DNA of 64,000 bases from Selaginella moellendorffii. Lineage: Eukaryota > Plantae > Lycopodiophyta. Below are positions 12,962 to 23,700 of this stretch, one piece after another (within the stretch, counting starts at the first letter, position 1; each line of letters starts with the position of its first letter). The notes under the pieces were generated by a model. That model did not search any database. It saw only the letters and a program-made list of their open reading frames with translations, and had not been told where the DNA came from. The DNA is taken from positions 83,231-147,230 of the forward strand of contig NW_003314265.1 of assembly GCF_000143415.4 (NCBI RefSeq), in the 5' to 3' direction. The position numbers were made by a program, and so were the translations under genes.

Positions 12962-14482
12962 TGTGAGACACAAAACCCCTTGGCCCCAAAGTGGAGCCAA
13001 AAGGGTGCCACGTGGTAGTGGTTGAAGCGAAAGCCAAATGAGTGTAACACATTTGGACTAAAAGCTCCGACTTGAAAGGTCGAGAGCGGGAGTGGAACTC
13101 CTAATAAAGTGCTTGAGGAATGAGCACGAAATGAGCAATAAGTGAAGCTCTAAAAAGGGACCCAAAAAGAACTAACATATGACACGTGGAAGTGTTCGAG
13201 ATGGACCCGAGGTGGAGTCCGAGATGGAGTCCAAGATGGACTCGAGATAGAGTCCAAGGTGGACCGAGATGGAGTCCAAGATGGACTCGAGATGGAGTCC
13301 GAGATGGAGTCTGAGATGGACCTGAGATGGAGTCCGAGATGGAGTCAGAAATGGAACTAAGATCGGGACCGAGACCGAGACCGAGTCTGAGTCTGAATCT
13401 GGGACTGAGATCGAGTCTGAGTTTGAGTTTGAGTCTGAGTCCGAGTCCAAATACTAATACAAGCAGTTGGGTGAAAGCCCAAAGCGATCATCCCGCAGGG
13501 GGGGGTGGGGCGGGGGGCTGCAGGGGGTTCCAAAAGTACAGTAGGGAGAGTGTGGGGGTTGAAGCCCAGTGGAGCCAGTTTGGCCAGGAAAGGCCAGTTT
13601 GGCCCAGGAAGACCATACCCAACTGTTGGGTAATGGGATGACCACTGGGAAGTCCAAGACTAGAGTGAATACGGACAGACAAGCAGGGTAGCTTGGTGAA
13701 GTGTTCAAGAGTCGGCTCTAGTTCCCCCGGGAGATCGAATGGTTGATGCTCCTAGTCCAAGTGTGGGTAGCACTACTTACTTGGATACTTGGCGTGGCTC
13801 AACAGAACCTCGCTCTAAGCCAATGGCTAGAGCACCCAAGGACGGAAGGCGGGGAGAGTACCCAAGTGGCTCGCGTAAGGCCATGGTGTTCCAAAATGTT
13901 GCCCCAAAGTCCCAGACGGTGGAAAAGAAGAGGAGCAGACATCTGGTGTACTGATTAAAGATATAGTCACATGGTGAGGAAGTCCTAGAGGACATTGGGA
14001 CTTAGTGGTCGGGCCGGTGGGCTTTGACCCAGTGCAGTGTTGGCGAACACGGCCATGTGTAGGAAAGGACTTGGTGGGGACTGAAAGAGGGATATTGGGG
14101 AAGGCTGTTCCCCTTGTCAGTGAGCATCCTAAGGATGCTAAGGAGTGGATCTGGGACGACCACTCATGGATGGTGGGCCCAGTCTTGGAGAGCCAAGACT
14201 GTGATGCAAGTGGTATTGGACTACCAGTGTGGCAAAGGTGATTGGGCATGGCCTTAGCGTAATAGGCTGTTATGTCGGTGGTACCTTTGAGTGTCGGTCA
14301 TGGGATCGGACACGTGGAGCACTGGGACCAGGTGCAAAAGTTGAGTGGCATGGATGCCATTCTCGGGGCTAGCAAATCCTAAGTCTTGAATTGGACTTAT
14401 GGAGGTTGTGAATGAGACTCTTCCAAGTGGTCGGAGGTGTGGTTAAGTGACTAAAGTAGAATGGAAAATTTAGTCACTTATA
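12962..14482 (+). mobile_element. Solo LTR, family 3, inserted at the start of the family-2 protease
   Basis: TGTGAGACAC...CACTTATA with a perfect 5-bp TSD GCTCG. Removing it restores LRGKLGGSFIKILIDTGA. Confidence 0.9.
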
Positions 14483-15036
14483 GCTCGGAGGTAGCTTTAT
14501 TAAGATCCTTATTGACACAGGTGCTTTGGATAATTTTGTGGCTGCAAACATAATTCGGCAAGCCAGACTAATGGTGCAGCGGCTGGGTGAATTAAGGACT
14601 ATAGAGTTTGTTCAAGGTAGCCAAAGCACCGATGAGGTACTTCGACAAGTGAAAGTCGAAGTAGGGACATGGAAAGTAGACATGAATTTAATCGTATTGG
14701 ACATGGCGGGATTTGACGTAATCTTTAGGATGGATTGGTTCAATCGATTTGTGGTAGCCTTGCATGGACAAGGTAGGAACCTTGTGGTATTGACGAATGC
14801 TCGGGGAGAACGATCTAGGGTGGAGGCCTAGGATCTAAAGGTAGGGCAATGTAAGGCCAAAAACTCTTGCTTAAACCTGGTGTCCACGAAAGGACAACTC
14901 ATTAAAGGAACCAAGGCAGCATTTTTATGCTTACTCTCAGTGAAAAGTGACAAAAAGATGGGAACGGAAGAATACCTTTAGTGATCCAATAGGTGTTCGA
15001 CCAATTCTAGGATACCATGCTAGAGGAGCTATTGGC

Positions 15037-15136
15037 NNNNNNNNNNNNNNNNNNNNNNNNNNNNNNNNNNNNNNNNNNNNNNNNNNNNNNNNNNNNNNNN
15101 NNNNNNNNNNNNNNNNNNNNNNNNNNNNNNNNNNNN
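15037..15136. other. Assembly gap (100 N)
   Basis: Run of 100 Ns; true size unknown. Confidence 1.
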
Positions 15137-16704
15137 CAACGAATAATCTCATTGAATAGTACTCACTGAGACTCATTCTCTTATACCAAATGTAACACAC
15201 CTTATCTCTCTCCCTTTAAGCCAACTGGAAAAGGGGCAATTGCTTGATTAAAGAGCCTTTAGTGGCTATTTTATCCCCATTTATCCCCCAAGGTTCCAAG
15301 GATCCACGGTGACAGTATATCCAAATCTCATCCCATGATCACATGCGCTACAAGCTCTAAGGTCAAGTCCGAGATCAGGTCCGAGGTCGAGTCCGATATC
15401 AAGTCCCAGACCGAGTCCGAGGTTGGGTTCGAGATCGAGTCCAAGATTGAGTCCGAGATTGAGTCCGAGTACTAATACAGGTCTAAGGGTGAAAGCCCAA
15501 AGAGTGTGTCTCCCAGGAGGGGGGGGACTGCAGAGGGTTCCAAAAGTATAGTAGGGATAGTGAGGTTTAGGAACCAATCTTGAAGAAACTTTCCAGTGGT
15601 GCTTTTAAACTAACTTGAGGTTAAGACTGGGGCCGAGGGGCCTTGGTTGGGAGTGAGCATGGATTCGGGTGATGCCGGAGGGGCCACCCAAAGAAGTGCT
15701 CAAGAGCAACTCCACTCTCGGAAGGGAAATTGACTACGGTGCTCTCAACTCATGTGGAGTGGTGCCCTATTTGAGTACTTTGCAGCTCATTGGTCCTCGC
15801 CCTTCTTAGAAGCTTGGGCCTTCTCTTCGGGAAGGAAGTGGGGGGGTAGAGGTACCTATACCGGGCCGTTAGGCCATAGTGTTTCCCCTTAGTGTCCCAA
15901 AGTGAGAGTTGCACTCAAGGCTTGGGATTTAAAGGGTCTCATGATCAAGTTTTATTGTACCAAGGGATGTTAGGAACCTGGAGGCTTGGTGTACTTGGCT
16001 GCTTGTGCTTGTAGGGAGTGTAGCCAAACCTTAAGTCTAGTCTAGGGGGATTGGGAAAGATTTGGGAAATTGTGGATAGATGGCTAACGCTTCGTTGCTT
16101 GTGTAGTAAGTAGCTGAAACCAAGTAGGACCAAGTAGGAGCTGGTACAATAGGTGGGAACCTTGGCAAGAGAACTTAGCTAAAGCCAAGACGGTGTTGGT
16201 CGGATAGACGAGGTAAGCTGGCAAATTGGAAAGGAAAAATTTGTGGTTTATAGAAGGCTAATAGGAACATTCGTTTTTGCATTGACTATTGTCCGTTATA
16301 TGAAGTGACGATTCCGGATATGTACCCTCTTCCTCATACTACTAATCTCTTGGATCGTCTGGGGAGAAGTCATTGGTTCACCAAGTTAGATTTTGCTTCT
16401 GGATATTGGCAAATACTGATGGCCAAAGAAGATAATCCTAAAACTATTTTTCATATATCGTTTGGTTTGTACAAGTTCTTAGTAATGCCATTTAGTTTCA
16501 AAAATGTTCCAAAAACTTTCCAGTGGATGATGGATGAAATTCTTTACGATATACTGAAGGTGACTATTGACTTCATTGATGATGTCTTGATTCACTCGGA
16601 GGGGATGTGGGAGGAGCACATCCGTGATGTTTATAAAGTGTTGGATCGGCTACAGGATGTTAGTTTAAAATTGAAACAATTGAAGTGCATGTTTGAGTCC
16701 AAGG

Positions 16705-16912
16705 TGTAAGCTCCCAAGAAGTCCAAACTCTCAGGATGGATGGCTAACACTCCGTTGCTCATGCAGTGAGTAGTTGAAACCAAATAGGACCAAGTAGGAG
16801 CTGGTGCAATACGTGGGAACCTTGGCAAGGGAACTTAGCAAAGGCTAAGGCGGTATTGGTCAGATAGACGAGGTAAACTGGCAAATTGGAAAGGAAAAAT
16901 TTGTGGCTTACA
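16705..16912 (+). mobile_element. 208-bp mini solo LTR of family 2 inserted in the family-1 RT
   Basis: TGTAAGCTCC...GGCTTACA with a perfect TSD CAAGG. Its 3' part (about 180 bp) matches the family-2 LTR end. Confidence 0.9.
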
Positions 16913-17930
16913 CAAGGACACAACTTATCTTGGGTACCATATTTCTCGTGAGGGTTTGCAAGATAATCCTAACAAACTTGTGGCTATTTTAAAGTTCCCT
17001 ACTCCAAAATGTATGAATGATGTGTAGCGCTTCCAAAGGCAAGTCTGGGGTTTCGAGAAACTTTATGTATATCTACATGGTTCTCAGACATTACTAAAAG
17101 GTGATCATGCTACTGTTACTTCATTATTGAAACGAAAGAACCTAGTTAGTTATATTGTTAGGTGGGCTTTAAAGCTTCAGATATATGATTTTGATGTTAT
17201 TCATTGCCCGAGGAGTTCTATGGCTGGTGCTGATGCCTTTTCCCAAGTTCCTCTTCCTTCTTCACTCTTTTCTCATGCTTCTAACGAGCTTGTTATTCTG
17301 GCATTTGTGGATTTTCTAGACAAGGATTTTGTGTGTTGTACTTGACATTCAATGTCCACAAAGTATAGAGCAAGACCTACCTTCTCTTGATGAGGTTCAT
17401 AAGGCTCAAGATATTGAGTTGTGGATTCGAAGGCTTCAAGAAGGGTTTAAGAATCTTGCATCACTTGGTGATGACTTGCCATTCTGGCATTTACATATCA
17501 ATATCACCTTGAAGATGGCCTTTTTTATTTTATTGGGACAGATCCTGATGATTATTTATGGTTAGTGGTACCTTCAATATTTATTCCATGGTTTCTCCAT
17601 GCCTACCATGATTCTCCTATTCTAGGTGGGCATATGGGACATCATCGTGTGACTGAGAAGCTACACAGGTATTTCTATTGGCTATATATGTGACACAATA
17701 TTATCTAGTATGTGTGTAACTGCATTTGTTGTCAAGTTTGTAATACTCCCCCTCGTGCTGTGGAAAGATGGTTTGAGTCAATTGTAGTTTCCCATCCATT
17801 TGAGTTGGTGGCATTTGATTTTATAGGACTTTTTCCACGATCGACTATTGGCAATGAGTATGTTATTATTGTTTCTAACTATTTGACTCGTTGGGTGGAA
17901 GTTGGTGCTCTTGCTAGCGCACCTGCAACT

Positions 17931-19020
17931 TGTAAGCGACTAAATTTTTCCATTCTACTTTAGTCACTTAACCGCACCTCCGACCACTTGGAGGAGTCTC
18001 ATTCACAACCTCCATGAGTCCAATCCAGGACTTGGGACTTGCTAGCCCCGAGAATGGCATCCATGCCACTTAACATTTGCACTTGGTCCAAGTGCTCCAC
18101 GTGTCCGATCCCATGACCGACACTCAAAGGTACCACCGACATAGCAGCCCGTTACGCTAAGGCCATGCCCAATCACCTTTGCCACACTGGTAGTCCAATA
18201 CCACTTGCATCACCGTCTTGGCTCTCCAAGACTAGGCAAACCATCCGTGAGTGGTCATCTCAGATCCACTCCTTAGCATCCTTAGGATGCCCACCGACAA
18301 GGAGAATAGCCTTCCCCAATATCCCTCTGTCAGTCCCCACTAAGTCCCTTTCTACCCCTGGCCGTGTTTGCCAACACTGCCACTGGATCGAGACCCACAG
18401 GCCCGACCACTAAGTCCCACGGTCCTCTGGGACTTCCTCACCACACGACTGTGTCCTTGGTCACTACCCCAGAGGACTACTCCTCTTCCTTTCCACAGTC
18501 TGGGCCTTTGGGACAACATTTCGGAACACCGTGGCCTTACGCGAGCCACCTGGGTACTCTCCTCGCCTTCTGCCCTTGGGTGCTCTAGCCATGGGCTTAG
18601 AGCGGGTTCCGTTGAGCCACACCAGGTATCCAAGTAGGTAGTGCCACCCACACTTGGACTGGGAGTATCGGCCAGTCGATCTCCTGGGGGAACTAGAGCC
18701 GGCTCTTGAACACTTCACCAAGCTACCCCGCTTGTCGGTCTGTGTTCACTCTAGTCTTGGACTTCCCAGTGGGCAGCTCATCACCCAACATTGGGTCTGG
18801 CCTTCCTAGGCCAAACTGGCCTTTCCTGGCCAAACTGGCTCCACTGCAGTCCTCCCCCTACTATACTTTTGGAGCTCACCAAACCCCCCAGGGTCTGGGA
18901 GACGAACGCTTTGGGCTTTCACCCTCTCAGACTCGGACTCGGACTCGGACTCGGACTCGGACTCGGACTCGGACTCGGGCTCGGCCTCGGCCTCGGCCTC
19001 GGTCTCGTTCTCGGTCCTGA

Positions 19021-19058
<38 letters not shown>

Positions 19059-19697
19059 CCGGTCTCGGTCTCGACTTCGGACTCCATCTCGGACTCCATC
19101 TCGGACTCCATCTCGGGTCCATCTCGGACTCCATCTCGGGTCCATCTCGGACTCCATTTCGGGTCCATCTCGGACTCCATCTCGAGTCCATCTTGGACTC
19201 CATCTCGGACTCCATTTCGGGTCCATCTCGGGTCCACCTCAGACTCCATCTCGGACTCCATCTCGGACTCCATTTCGGGTCCATCTCGGGTCCACCTCGG
19301 ACTCCATCTCGGACTCCATCTTGGACTTCATCTCGGGTCCATCTCGGACTCCACTTCGGACTCCATCTCGAACTCCATCTTGGGTCCATCTCGGACTCCA
19401 TCTCGGGTCCATCTCGGACTCCATCTCGGGTCCATCTCGGACTCCATTTTGGGTCCATCTCGGACTCTTCCACGTGTCATATGTTGGTCCTTTTGGGTCC
19501 CTTTTTGGAGCCTTGCTTTTTGCTCGCTTCGTGCTCGTTCCTCGAGCACTTCGTTGGGAGTTCCACTCCCGCTCTTGACTTTTCAAGTCGGAGCTTTTGG
19601 TCCAAACGTGTTACGCTCGTTTGGCTCTCGCTTCAGCCACTACCACGTGGCACCCTTTCCGGCTCCACTTTGGGGCCTAGGGATTTTGTGTCTCACA
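17931..19697 (-). mobile_element. Solo LTR, family 3, inserted in the family-1 integrase
   Basis: Reverse complement of 12962-14482; TG...CA ends; perfect TSD CAACT. Confidence 0.92.
18929..19466. repeat. Compound tandem repeat inside the LTR (GGACTC/GGCCTC/GGTCTC hexamers, then GGACTCCATCTC and GGGTCCATCTC units)
   Basis: Directly visible. Shorter counterparts at about 13195-13450 and 15360-15470. Confidence 0.95.
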
Positions 19698-20749
19698 CAA
19701 CTGCTGTTGTATACTTTTTCCTCAATCAAGTGGTGTTCCAGCATTCTTGTCCAGAGCAGATTCTTTCGGATAATAGTCCACATTTATGGCTAAGGCATTT
19801 CATGTTTTGACGTTTTGGTTGGGGATACACTACACTTTCACGAGTGCTTATCATCCATAATCAAACAGTTTGGTGAAATGGCTCGTTCGGACATTCAAGG
19901 GGATGATTGCAAAGTACATGAACTTTTAGCATTCAGATTGGGATGGTTATTTGCCGTCTCTTTGGTATGCATATGTCACATGGGTGCCGGGTTTTGTTAA
20001 TGCTTCACCATATAAACTCCTATATGGTCATGATCCAATATTACCAACAGAGCTAGGTTTACTTTCGCAATTGCTACGAGTTGCTGATGCTAGGTCATGG
20101 GATCAATATTTGATAAGCATTCTTTCAATTGTCTGAGCAGAGTTTGCCGAACACTTAGGCCGCGTATAAGTGGGACAACAATAGTGCTACAACTCCCATC
20201 ATCATCCACTTGCAAAGTATAAAGTGGATGACTTGGTGTTAGTCTATTTTATGATACGTGGTTTATCTAAAGGGCTCTTTGCTTAGTGGAAAGGACCGTA
20301 TCGGGTGTTATGGCAAATTAAACCACAAGTTTATGAGGTTTAGCATAACATCCAGCAGACTAATCCTCTAGAAATTGTGCATATGTTGAAATGCTTTGTA
20401 TAAAGGGATCAAAAATAGCTAATACCACCTACAGATCCATTAATGCCTCCTCTTAACATTCCTTTAGATCCTGACCCATCTACAAGAGAATCCTAATGGT
20501 CTTCCATTATTCCAAGAGGAGGGGATGATGTGAGGTCCAAGTGTACAGCTATAATGGCGTATATTAATATTAGCATAGTGCAATTTTGGTAGCCATTGGA
20601 TTGGTTTTAATCCAGACCACTTGCTCTTTTGTATATAAGTTAAGGTTTTTGGGCTAATTGATATGCACATTTTCTATATTTCCTTTCATATTCCATGCAT
20701 TCACACCTAGAGTTTTATTTTGTTAAACATATTTGCATATAATTGGCTA

Positions 20750-23700
20750 TGTGAGTGCATGGAATATGGAAAGGGAATACAGAAATGTGCATATCAATTA
20801 GCCCAAAAACCCTAGCTTATATATAGGAGCGAGTGGTCCGGATTGAAACCAATCCGACAGTTACCAAAATCCCACTACGCTAATATTAGTATACGGCATC
20901 GTAACCATACATTTGGCCCTCATATCATCCCCTCCTCTCGGAATAATGGAAGACCATCAGGGTTCTCTTGTAGATGGGCCGGGATCTAGAGGAACATCAG
21001 AAGGAGGCATCAACAGATCTGTAGATGGTATTAACCACTCTTGATCCCTTTGTATGAAGCGTTTTAACCACTGCATATGCACAATCTCTGGAGGATCAGC
21101 CTGCTGGATGTCATGCCGAACCTCATAAACTTGTGGTCCAACTTGCCGCAACACCTGATACGGTCTTTTCCATTGTGCAAGGAGCCCCTTAGATAAACCA
21201 CGTACCGTAAGATGGGGAAAATGGACTAACACCAAATCATCCACTTTGTACTCCGCAGGTGGACGATGATGGGAGTTGTAGCGCCGTTGTTGTCCCACTT
21301 GTACACGGCCTAAGTGTTCAGCAGACTCCGCTCGGACAAGTGGAAGAATGCTAGTCAAATATTGATCCCATGACCTAGCATCCGCAACTCGTGGCAATCG
21401 CGAAGGTAAACTCAGCTCCGTTGGTAATATTGGATCATGACTATATAAGAGTTTATATGGTGAAGCACCAACAGAACTCTGCACCCTAGTGACATATGCA
21501 TACCGAAGAGACGGCAAATAACCATCCCAATCCGAATGCTGAAAGTTCACATACTTTACAATCATCCCCTTGAACGTTCGAACGAGCCATTCCACTAGAC
21601 CGTTTGATTGTGGATGATAAACACTCGTGAAAGTGTGGCGAATCCCCAACCGAGACATCAAAACATGAAATGCCTCAGCCATAAATGCAGGACCATTATC
21701 TGAAAGAATCAACTCTGGACAAGAATGTTGGAACACCACTCGATTGAGGAGGAAGTATCCAATAGCAGTTGCAAAGGCGCTAGCAAGAGCACCAACTTCC
21801 ACCCAACGAGTCAAATAGTCAGAAGCAATAATAACATACTCATTGCCAGCAGTCGACCGTGGAAAAGGTCCTATAAGATCAAACGCCACCAACTCAAATG
21901 GATGAAAAACTGCAATTGACTCCAACCGTTCTTCCGCAGCCCGAGGGGGAGTATTACAAGCTTGGCACCAAACGCAGCTACGCACATACCGGATAATATC
22001 ACGTTGCATCTCCGGCCAATAGAAAGACCTGCGTAACTTCTCGATTACACAGCAATGTCCCATATGCCCACCTAGAACAGGAGAATCATGGTAGGCATGG
22101 AGAAACCGCGGAATAAAGATAGAAGGCACCACGAGCCGTAAATGATCATCAGGATCTGTCATCACAAAATAAAGAAGGTCATCTTCAAGACAATATTGAG
22201 AATGTAAATGCCGGAAAAGCAAATCATCAGCAAGTGATGTAGGATTTTCAAACCCATCTCGAAGCCTTCGAATCCATGGCTCAATCTTTTGAGCCTCGTG
22301 AACCTCATCAAGCGAAGGTAGATCTTGCTCTGCACCTTGTGGACACTAAACGTCAAGGACAATAACCGCTGACAGCACAGAATCTTCGTCTAGAAAATCC
22401 ACAGATGCTAAAACGACAGGCTCATCAGAAACATGATAAAAGAGTGAAGAAGGAAGAGGAGCTCGAGAAAGGGCATCAGCATCAGCCATAGAACTCCCTG
22501 AGCGGTGAACAACATCAAAATCATATATCTGAAGCTTCAAAGCCCACCGAGCAGTACGACCAACCAAGTTCTTCCGCTTTAAAAACGAAGTAACAGTAGC
22601 ATGGTCACCTTCAAGTAACGTTCGAAAACCATGTAGATATGCATGAAGTTTCTCGAAACCCCAGACTGCTGCTAAACACTCCTCTGTCGTGGAGTAGTTC
22701 ATCTCCGCTGGTTGTAATGTACGGCTTATATATGCAATGGGATGGCACTGACCAGGCACACTCGAGCTCTTTTGCATTAACACACCTCCAAGACCAATGT
22801 CAGAAGCATCCACGCACAAAATAAAAGATCGAGTGTAGTCAGGATATGCCAAAACCGGAGGAGTTGTCAATAATTCTTTGAGATCCCCGAACGCCCGCTC
22901 ACAATCCGGAGACCAAATGAAAGATGACGTTGATGACTTCAGCAACGCTCGCAATGGTGCAGTGCGATCAGAAAGATGATCCAAAACATGCCCGAGATAC
23001 TGCACCTTGCCCAAGAAGTGTTGCACATCATTCACACACTTCGGAGTAGGGAACTTTAGAACAGCCATAAGTTTGTCAGGATCAACTTGCAAACCCTCAC
23101 GAGAAATACAGTACCCAAGATAAATTGTGTCCTTGGATCCAAACACGCACTTCGACCGCTTCAACTTTAAACCAACGTCGCGTAGCCGATCCAACACTTT
23201 ACAAACATCACGAACGTGCTCCTCCCACGTCCCCTGCGAATGGATCAAGACATCATCAATGAAGTCAGCAGTCACCTTCGGCATATCGCAAAGAACCTCG
23301 TCCATCATCCGTTGAAAAGTTGCTGGAGCATTGTTCAAACCAAATGGCATCACCAAGAACTCATACAAACCAAATGGTGTACGAAAAGCAGTCTTAGGAA
23401 TATCTTCTTCGGCCATCGGTACTTGCCAGTACCAGAAGCAAGATCTAGCTTGGTGAACCAACGACTTCGTCCCAGACGATCCAAGAGATCAGCAGTGTGA
23501 GGAAGAGGGTACACATCCGGGATCATTACGTCGTTTAACGGACGATAGTTGATGCAGAAACGAATACTCCCATCAGGCTTCGTCACAAGATGAGGTTCAC
23601 ATGCCCAAGGACTCCGCGACTTCCGAATAACACCCTTCTCCAACATCTCCTTGACATTTGCACATAAAATTTTGATCTCCTTTGGTGACCGATGATGAAC

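Larger units (their letters stand above)
10869..16252 (+). mobile_element. Ty3/gypsy element, family 2, nested in family 1; 5' LTR truncated, pol mostly lost in the gap
   Basis: Matching LTR sequence at 10869-11606 and 15529-16252. tRNA-iMet-like PBS TGGTATTGGAGC. Frameshifted gag with a decayed zinc knuckle (CFNYGEAGHFLREC); protease LIDTGA near 14510. Confidence 0.88.
9702..20705 (+). mobile_element. Ty3/gypsy LTR retrotransposon, family 1, degenerate host of nested insertions
   Basis: LTRs 9702-9870 and 20529-20705, PBS TTGGTGGAATTGAGGGG, PPT AGAGGAGGGGATGA. Decayed gag, RT (FIDD), RNase H and integrase. Decayed 4-bp TSD ttta/ccta. Confidence 0.92.

Noticed and set aside
15515-15530. G-run read as a PPT and TGCAG as the family-2 LTR start
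   Set aside because: The same G-run and motif lie internally in family-3 solo LTRs, and the mini-LTR shows a different 5' terminus.
18791-19810. Long ORFs (339, 184, 155 aa) with LG, ES, RS and WSPR repeats
   Set aside because: By-products of the stop-poor tandem repeat inside a solo LTR; the frames are not conserved in the sister copy.
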